Positions 59,093 through 64,000 of a stretch of 64,000 nucleotides of DNA are shown here, piece after piece. Below the pieces are notes generated by a model. That model had not been told where the DNA came from. It worked only from the letters and a program-made list of their open reading frames with translations, and did not search any database. The stretch lies in NCBI GenBank assembly GCA_020696385.1, contig JAEHCQ010000003.1:33889-97888 (forward strand), given 5' to 3'. The translations under genes and the position numbers were made by a program. Every line of letters starts with the position of its first letter. Position 1 is the first letter of the stretch. The stretch comes from Methanobacteriota archaeon. GTDB taxonomy: Archaea; Thermoplasmatota; Thermoplasmata; SG8-5; JAGLSY01.

Positions 59093-60577
59093 ATGCGAGA
59101 GCAAAGCGATTGCATTCAAGAGCTCGAGCGAAGTGAGAGGTCCAGATATAGACAGGCAAGGCACGATGAACCACTCATAATGGAGCTGGCGGATATCTGT
59201 GTGAATGAACCGATCACTATCAAGCTCCCGGAACATCTGGCTCGTAAAGATAGATTGAATATACCCTCACTTTCTGAAAGCGAGGTGGTCCGCCATTACA
59301 CGGTTCTCAGCCAGATGAACTTCGGTGTGGACAGTGGATTCTATCCACTCGGTTCCTGCACCATGAAATATAATCTCAAGGTATCCGAGGAGATAGCGAA
59401 TATGGCAAAGGCCAGCATGCTGCACCCGGACCAACCTGAAGGGATGATACAAGGCACTCTACAGGTCATGCACGAGCTCCAGGAAATGCTCTGTGAGATA
59501 GGCGGCATGGACGCTGTCACCCTGCAACCAGCGGCTGGAGCTCATGGGGAATTCACTGGCATGCTGATAACCAAAGCATATCACAAGAAAAGAAATGATG
59601 ACCAGAGAACGGAGGTCATCATGCCCGACTCAGCTCATGGAACCAACCCGGCCAGTGCGGCAATGGCAGGTTATGATGTCATCACCATTCCGTCGAACAA
59701 TGGAATGGTGGACCTGGAAGCGCTTGAGTCCGCGCTTTCAGAAAAGACAGCGGCTTTCATGCTGACCAACCCGAATACATTGGGGATCTTCGAGACCGAT
59801 GCGGTTAAGATAGCCAGCATGGTTCATGATGCCGGGGCTTTGATGTATTATGACGGGGCAAATTTCAATGCCATCATGGGGAAGACATCCCCTGGAAAAA
59901 TGGGATTCGATATCGTTCATTTCAATCTTCACAAGACCTTTGGAACCCCTCATGGCGGTGGCGGACCGGGAGCTGGACCTGTAGGTGTGGTGCAGAAATT
60001 GACTGACTTCTTACCAGTGCCAGTCATCAAGAAAGATGGCAATTCTTTCAAACTTGATCATGATATACCAGATACCATCGGCAAGGTGCAGGGATATTAT
60101 GGTAATTGGGCTGTGATCCTCAGAGCTTACACCTTCATCATACTGCATGGGGGCAATGGCCTGAAGCAGATATCCGAAAGAGCTGTTTTGAATGCGAACT
60201 ATCTAATGAAAAAAGTGGAAGCCACGATGGACATCCCATACCCCGGTTTGAAAAAGCATGAGTTCGTCGCATCTGCCAGTTGCATGAAGGACAGAGGTGT
60301 GAGAGCACTTCATATCGGAAAAAGATTACTTGATTTCGGTTTCCATTCACCAACGGTATATTTCCCGATGCTTGTGGAAGAAGCACTTATGATCGAGCCC
60401 ACGGAGAACGCGTCCAAGGCAACACTGGACGCGTATGCTGACGCACTCACCAGTGCATGCGTGGAAGACCCAGAATTGCTTGCTGGAGCGCCTTATAATA
60501 CATCTGTTCGGCAGATCAGCGAGAAAGAAGCTGCGAAGAATCTCATATTATCTTACAAGATGATGAATGTCAAGTAA
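59093..60577 (+). CDS. gcvPB: glycine dehydrogenase (decarboxylating) subunit 2
   Basis: The TGAATG junction with gcvPA indicates translational coupling. PLP-Lys region DIVHFNLHKTFGTPHGGGGPGAGPVGV. Confidence 0.9.
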   Translation: MREQSDCIQELERSERSRYRQARHDEPLIMELADICVNEPITIKLPEHLARKDRLNIPSLSESEVVRHYTVLSQMNFGVDSGFYPLGSCTMKYNLKVSEEIANMAKASMLHPDQPEGMIQGTLQVMHELQEMLCEIGGMDAVTLQPAAGAHGEFTGMLITKAYHKKRNDDQRTEVIMPDSAHGTNPASAAMAGYDVITIPSNNGMVDLEALESALSEKTAAFMLTNPNTLGIFETDAVKIASMVHDAGALMYYDGANFNAIMGKTSPGKMGFDIVHFNLHKTFGTPHGGGGPGAGPVGVVQKLTDFLPVPVIKKDGNSFKLDHDIPDTIGKVQGYYGNWAVILRAYTFIILHGGNGLKQISERAVLNANYLMKKVEATMDIPYPGLKKHEFVASASCMKDRGVRALHIGKRLLDFGFHSPTVYFPMLVEEALMIEPTENASKATLDAYADALTSACVEDPELLAGAPYNTSVRQISEKEAAKNLILSYKMMNVK

Positions 60578-60599
60578 TGATGGACGATAAATGGAGATC

Positions 60600-60715
60600 G
60601 ATCTCCCATAATGGGTGGAAACGAGTTTCCCATAATGGAGAAGCATATTTCATATATTGAATAGAAGCGGTCTCTCGTAATGGATAGAAGTGAATTTCCA
60701 GTAATGATCATGTTG
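60600..60715. promoter_or_regulatory. four direct repeats of YCnnTAATGG(a) at ~22-bp spacing upstream of the 60768 gene
   Basis: tctcccataatggg, tttcccataatggag, ctctcgtaatggat and tttccagtaatgatc read directly. Candidate regulator-binding array. Confidence 0.3.
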
Positions 60716-60767
60716 GCTAAGTACAGAAACATAGTTATATTGACATTACATCCTAACCAGGTCGAGT

Positions 60768-62564
60768 ATGTCAGCAAAGTCAGCCAAGAAATACAGAGAG
60801 AGATTGGAAGGCTCCTACAGATTGATACGCATAAAGAAGGTCAAGAGGATGTTCTTTCTCATCCAGATCATCATTGCTATTGCTATCGCATGCGCAATAT
60901 CATATCTCGACGGAATGAGGTTCGAGCCCTTCTTTTTCCCTACTGACACTTTCCTTTTCATATCCCTTATTTTCATGGTCGCGATGGCTGGAGAGGGTGT
61001 TTATTTCAAAGGAGTGGAGGTGAAGTTCACAAAATCAAAGAGCCGCCGATTCCTTATAGCCAGGAACTCCATTCGAGCTTCTGGTGTCACGATCATCCTA
61101 TCTGCATTGTTGATCGCCATGCTATTACTTCCATTGACCGATGAATATCTATCAGATACATTCGAGAATGATCTGGAAAATCGGGGTGAGAACATCCCCC
61201 TGGACCTTGGACCATATGGAAGTGATGATGACACAGCCATGTTCGAATTGGTATCCCATCACCCACTTGGCCTGGTGAGACTTAATAATCTGGTTGTCTC
61301 GGTAAATTCTATAGAGACACTGGATCTTGATATCACCATAAGGAATGAAAAGAGCAGAGACCTCATATCAAGGCCTTTGTACAGTAATCAAGAGAATACC
61401 TATGATCTGATCGAATATTCCAGTTCCAATCTTGAGCTGAATGCCATCATTGAGAACACGGATGATACGACCCCAGCAATTGGAGCCTTCGATTACAGCA
61501 TAGATTATGGAATGTCCACAACCTTCACCTTGTTGATACCCATCATCCTTGTAATCATGGTGATCATCCAGATGGTGTCAATATCCATCATGCTACCACT
61601 AAGGGAATTGTACGCTTCCTCTTCCATATACAGCAAGAATTATGTACAGGAGAAGGAAGAAGGCGTGGAGAAGATGTCCGAGCGCATGAAGGCTGAAAAA
61701 CTGGCAAAGCAGAAGGAGGAGGAAGAACAAGCCGCTCTGGCAGAGACCATAGATATGGCCGAATTAGAGGCCACACTGGCTCCTCCACCGCCTGTGAAGG
61801 TTAAAGAAGCAGATAAAGGCCCGGTCACAAAGATGGGCGATCTGGATGCAGATCTCCAAGAAGAGGCGGATATCGCCTGCCCCAAATGTGGGGAATTGAA
61901 CAGCCCACATGCGGCCATGTGTTTCGTCTGTGGAAATCCAATGGTGGTCGCCGATACCATAGTGGACATTAATGAGATAATAGCCAGGGGAGAAAATTCC
62001 ATCATTGCGAAGAAATATGCCGAGGCTACCAGATTCTTCGATGAGGCCATCAGGCATGATAATACAAATGAGAAGGCCTTGCTAGGAAAGGGTAAGGCCC
62101 TGAACCTGGACGGTAAATGGGGAATCGCCATCCAGTATGTTAATACGGTCGTCAATATGAATCCAAATAATGTGGATGCACTTCTTTTGAAAGGCCAGAT
62201 ACTTGAAGCAAGAGGCAAAACAGAAATGGCGCTCGAGATCTATGACAAGATAATGATCATAGACCCGACGATCAAGATAGCGGCTTCCAAGAAAGAGGAG
62301 CTGGCTGTGGAAATAGAGGATATGATCATCGCCGCGGCAGCAACACAATCTGAGGGTGTGGCAATGACAGGAGATGCCGTGGAAGAGGATGAGCAGGCGG
62401 TTGTCGAGTCATTCATGGAACTTCCAGGTATCGGGCTGGCCAAAGCATCAGCACTTTATCAGGCAGGGTTCACCAATATGAACCAATTAAGATCTGCCAG
62501 CGAGGAAGAACTGACAAAGGTAAAGGGCATCAGCGCAAGACTGGCAAAGAAGATCAAAGGATAG
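60768..62564 (+). CDS. multi-TM membrane protein with cytoplasmic zinc ribbon, TPR repeats and C-terminal helix-hairpin-helix motif
   Basis: 598 aa. Three N-terminal TM helices plus an ~200-aa extracytoplasmic loop, then a fourth TM segment. This is followed by a Glu/Lys-rich coiled region, a CPKCGELNSPHAAMCFVCGNP zinc ribbon, ~3 TPR-like repeats (AKKYAEATRFFDEAIRHDNTNEKALLGKGKAL..., ...ALLLKGQILEARGKTEMALEIYDKIMIIDP) and ELPGIGLAKASALYQAGFTNMNQLRSASEEELTKVKGISARLAKKIKG (HhH). Confidence 0.6.
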   Translation: MSAKSAKKYRERLEGSYRLIRIKKVKRMFFLIQIIIAIAIACAISYLDGMRFEPFFFPTDTFLFISLIFMVAMAGEGVYFKGVEVKFTKSKSRRFLIARNSIRASGVTIILSALLIAMLLLPLTDEYLSDTFENDLENRGENIPLDLGPYGSDDDTAMFELVSHHPLGLVRLNNLVVSVNSIETLDLDITIRNEKSRDLISRPLYSNQENTYDLIEYSSSNLELNAIIENTDDTTPAIGAFDYSIDYGMSTTFTLLIPIILVIMVIIQMVSISIMLPLRELYASSSIYSKNYVQEKEEGVEKMSERMKAEKLAKQKEEEEQAALAETIDMAELEATLAPPPPVKVKEADKGPVTKMGDLDADLQEEADIACPKCGELNSPHAAMCFVCGNPMVVADTIVDINEIIARGENSIIAKKYAEATRFFDEAIRHDNTNEKALLGKGKALNLDGKWGIAIQYVNTVVNMNPNNVDALLLKGQILEARGKTEMALEIYDKIMIIDPTIKIAASKKEELAVEIEDMIIAAAATQSEGVAMTGDAVEEDEQAVVESFMELPGIGLAKASALYQAGFTNMNQLRSASEEELTKVKGISARLAKKIKG

Positions 62565-62619
62565 TTTTTATAAAGATAAGAATAAGAATATTGGCTATTA
62601 TATCATATACAAGTATTGC

Positions 62620-63459
62620 TCAATCAAGGGATGTAAGTGCACAACATCCATCCCTTTCATTATACTTGATAGTCTCATCATCCAGCTTTTTTCTGAACCT
62701 GCCCGAGGGCATTGCCAGTGCCTGCAATCTGCCAGATCTTGCCAGCTCGACAGGTATCTCCAGGTTCCGGGGTCTCATGCATCCGATCCCCAGCTTGATA
62801 TTATCCGGTAATCTCTCAGTCGCATATCCCAGGACCTCGTAGAAATATTCCACATCCACCGAAGTGGAATGATCGAGCCCCGGAGTTTGCATGAGCGCGT
62901 TCAGAACCACCATCTTGGGATTGAAATCCGCTATCATGTCAATGGCCGCGCCCTCTCCGGAATCCAATCCACGATCAAGGCCAATGGTCACATGCGGAAC
63001 ATAATTCAGTTCCGCATCTTCCAATCTTGACATCAGTGCTTCAAAATCCCAGGGGCCAGCATCCAGGCCGTAGACATTCTTCACGGCCTGTTGGGAGCCG
63101 CAGATATCGATGGAAACGATATCTGGTTTTATCTTATTCAGGGCCAGTATATCATCCGGACCTATCAGGCCAGTATGCATATTCAAGATCAGATCAGTGT
63201 CCTGTTTTATCCGAGCCAGTGTTTCATAATGGTTATCCAGGGGAACTTTTCCCTTTGTGTCGCATCCTCCGCTTATCAGCATGCCGATGCCGGAATTGGC
63301 GGCCAGTTCAATTGCTTTGTTGTACAGAATATTGGGATCACTGGCCGGTGTCATGTGCTTAAGAAATGCGCCTTGGCAATGCCGGCATTCCAATTCGCAT
63401 TCTGTGTCAGTCACCGATACAGAAAGAAAATTCCTGCCAGGATGGTAAAGAGTGAGCAT
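62620..63459 (-). CDS. radical SAM domain protein (single CxxxCxxC cluster, no SPASM), family unassigned
   Basis: 279 aa with CELECRHC near the N-terminus and a GGCD glycine-rich motif. Its start codon directly abuts the stop of the upstream S8 protease gene, so the two are likely co-transcribed. Confidence 0.65.
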   Translation of the reverse strand: MLTLYHPGRNFLSVSVTDTECELECRHCQGAFLKHMTPASDPNILYNKAIELAANSGIGMLISGGCDTKGKVPLDNHYETLARIKQDTDLILNMHTGLIGPDDILALNKIKPDIVSIDICGSQQAVKNVYGLDAGPWDFEALMSRLEDAELNYVPHVTIGLDRGLDSGEGAAIDMIADFNPKMVVLNALMQTPGLDHSTSVDVEYFYEVLGYATERLPDNIKLGIGCMRPRNLEIPVELARSGRLQALAMPSGRFRKKLDDETIKYNERDGCCALTSLD

Positions 63460-64000
63460 TCACATCGCCTCGCTGGCATATCTGACCTTTATGAGGCCGT
63501 AGCCGTAATAGTCATCGTGCGGAGTATCCTGGTCGTCCAGTTTTTCAGAGGTTTCCATCAGGATCGTCTTGAGCTCGACCACCTTTTCCGGGCCTGTCTT
63601 AATCATGTAGCTCGGGTGAGCCTCGAGAAGAAGTGCCAGTGATCCAGATACGAAGGCAGCTGCCGGGGAAGTGCCATCAATATCGACATAGCTCTCATCG
63701 AGGTACGTGGTGGCTATCCTCACACCTGGAGCGACGATCTCCGGCTTCATATTCGGATCCTCCCTGTCATCACTCGACATCCGGGGTCGACCATCATTGT
63801 CACCAATTGAGCTGAAGTCCGCGATTGTCAGCGAGCTATCAATCGCGCCGACAGCGATGACCAGTTCCTCGGTTGCTGGACTTCCCACATCACCATCATC
63901 ATCCAGGCCATCATTGCCTGCGGAAGCGACCACGAATATACCGCTATTGGCCGCCTTACGAGCGGCCAATTTGACCTCGTCACTGTCCCAGAACCGTTTT
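63460..64000 (-). CDS. subtilisin-like serine protease (peptidase S8), 3' portion; 5' end outside window
   Basis: Catalytic Asn/Ser region SAGNDG...GTSPAAAFVSGSLALLLEAHP (Ser motif GTSxA) with the C-terminal ...YYGYGLIKVRYASEAM*. The reading frame stays open upstream to the window edge. Confidence 0.75.
   Translation of the reverse strand, partial: KRFWDSDEVKLAARKAANSGIFVVASAGNDGLDDDGDVGSPATEELVIAVGAIDSSLTIADFSSIGDNDGRPRMSSDDREDPNMKPEIVAPGVRIATTYLDESYVDIDGTSPAAAFVSGSLALLLEAHPSYMIKTGPEKVVELKTILMETSEKLDDQDTPHDDYYGYGLIKVRYASEAM

Overview
This 64 kb window looks like chromosomal DNA from an archaeon. The lineage may be Thermoplasmatota-like, but that is a low-confidence guess from gene content and an rRNA gene that is not linked to a 16S. 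Three things support an archaeal origin. First, a lone 23S rRNA gene (minus strand, ~14.86-17.88 kb) is flanked by a perfect 15-bp inverted repeat typical of archaeal pre-rRNA processing stems, and no 16S or 5S is in the window. Second, a tRNA-Ser(CGA) carries a 37-nt intron in the canonical 37/38 position. Third, none of the three tRNA genes encodes a CCA end. The housekeeping genes are: a YgiQ-type radical SAM protein (partial), a tandem-fused Lrp/AsnC regulator, xseA/xseB, a DUF438-type PAS protein, rsgA, a GNAT protein, DUF47+pitA, a DDAH-family amidinotransferase, lrp+glnA, cysK, a gamma-carbonic-anhydrase-family protein, a class-V aminotransferase (serC-like)+serA+DUF1015, uppS, a MarC membrane protein, three tandem parvulin PPIase paralogs, a bacterial-type glutaminyl-tRNA synthetase next to tRNA-Gln/tRNA-Thr, gcvPA/gcvPB, a small radical SAM protein, and the 3' part of an S8 subtilase. 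The accessory content is dominated by giant cell-surface proteins of 878, 2604 and 4015 aa. Each has a signal peptide, GLUG repeats, right-handed beta-helix (NosD-like) modules, Ig/PKD-like domains, acidic calcium-binding-like repeats and a C-terminal TM anchor. Their short cytoplasmic tails differ: a SHOCT motif, an acidic tail and a zinc ribbon. A 498-aa surface protein carries thrombospondin-type-3-like repeats. The 4015-aa gene and a secreted SNase/lamin-tail-domain nuclease sit in a ~14 kb island bounded by tRNA-Thr/tRNA-Gln on one side and the intron-containing tRNA-Ser on the other. Partial direct and inverted copies of tRNA ends lie at the borders, which suggests an old integration site, but no integrase is present. 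Other points: a four-gene operon of small proteins (two with SHOCT-like motifs) downstream of the tandem Lrp; a tandem duplication of the uppS 3' end and terminator; back-to-back terminators that share a GCCCCG...CGGGGC hairpin design; and a structured 3' trailer of the 23S. No CRISPR array, transposase or integrase was found. All coordinates are 1-based and come from reading the sequence by eye. Domain calls rest on remembered family motifs, not database searches.
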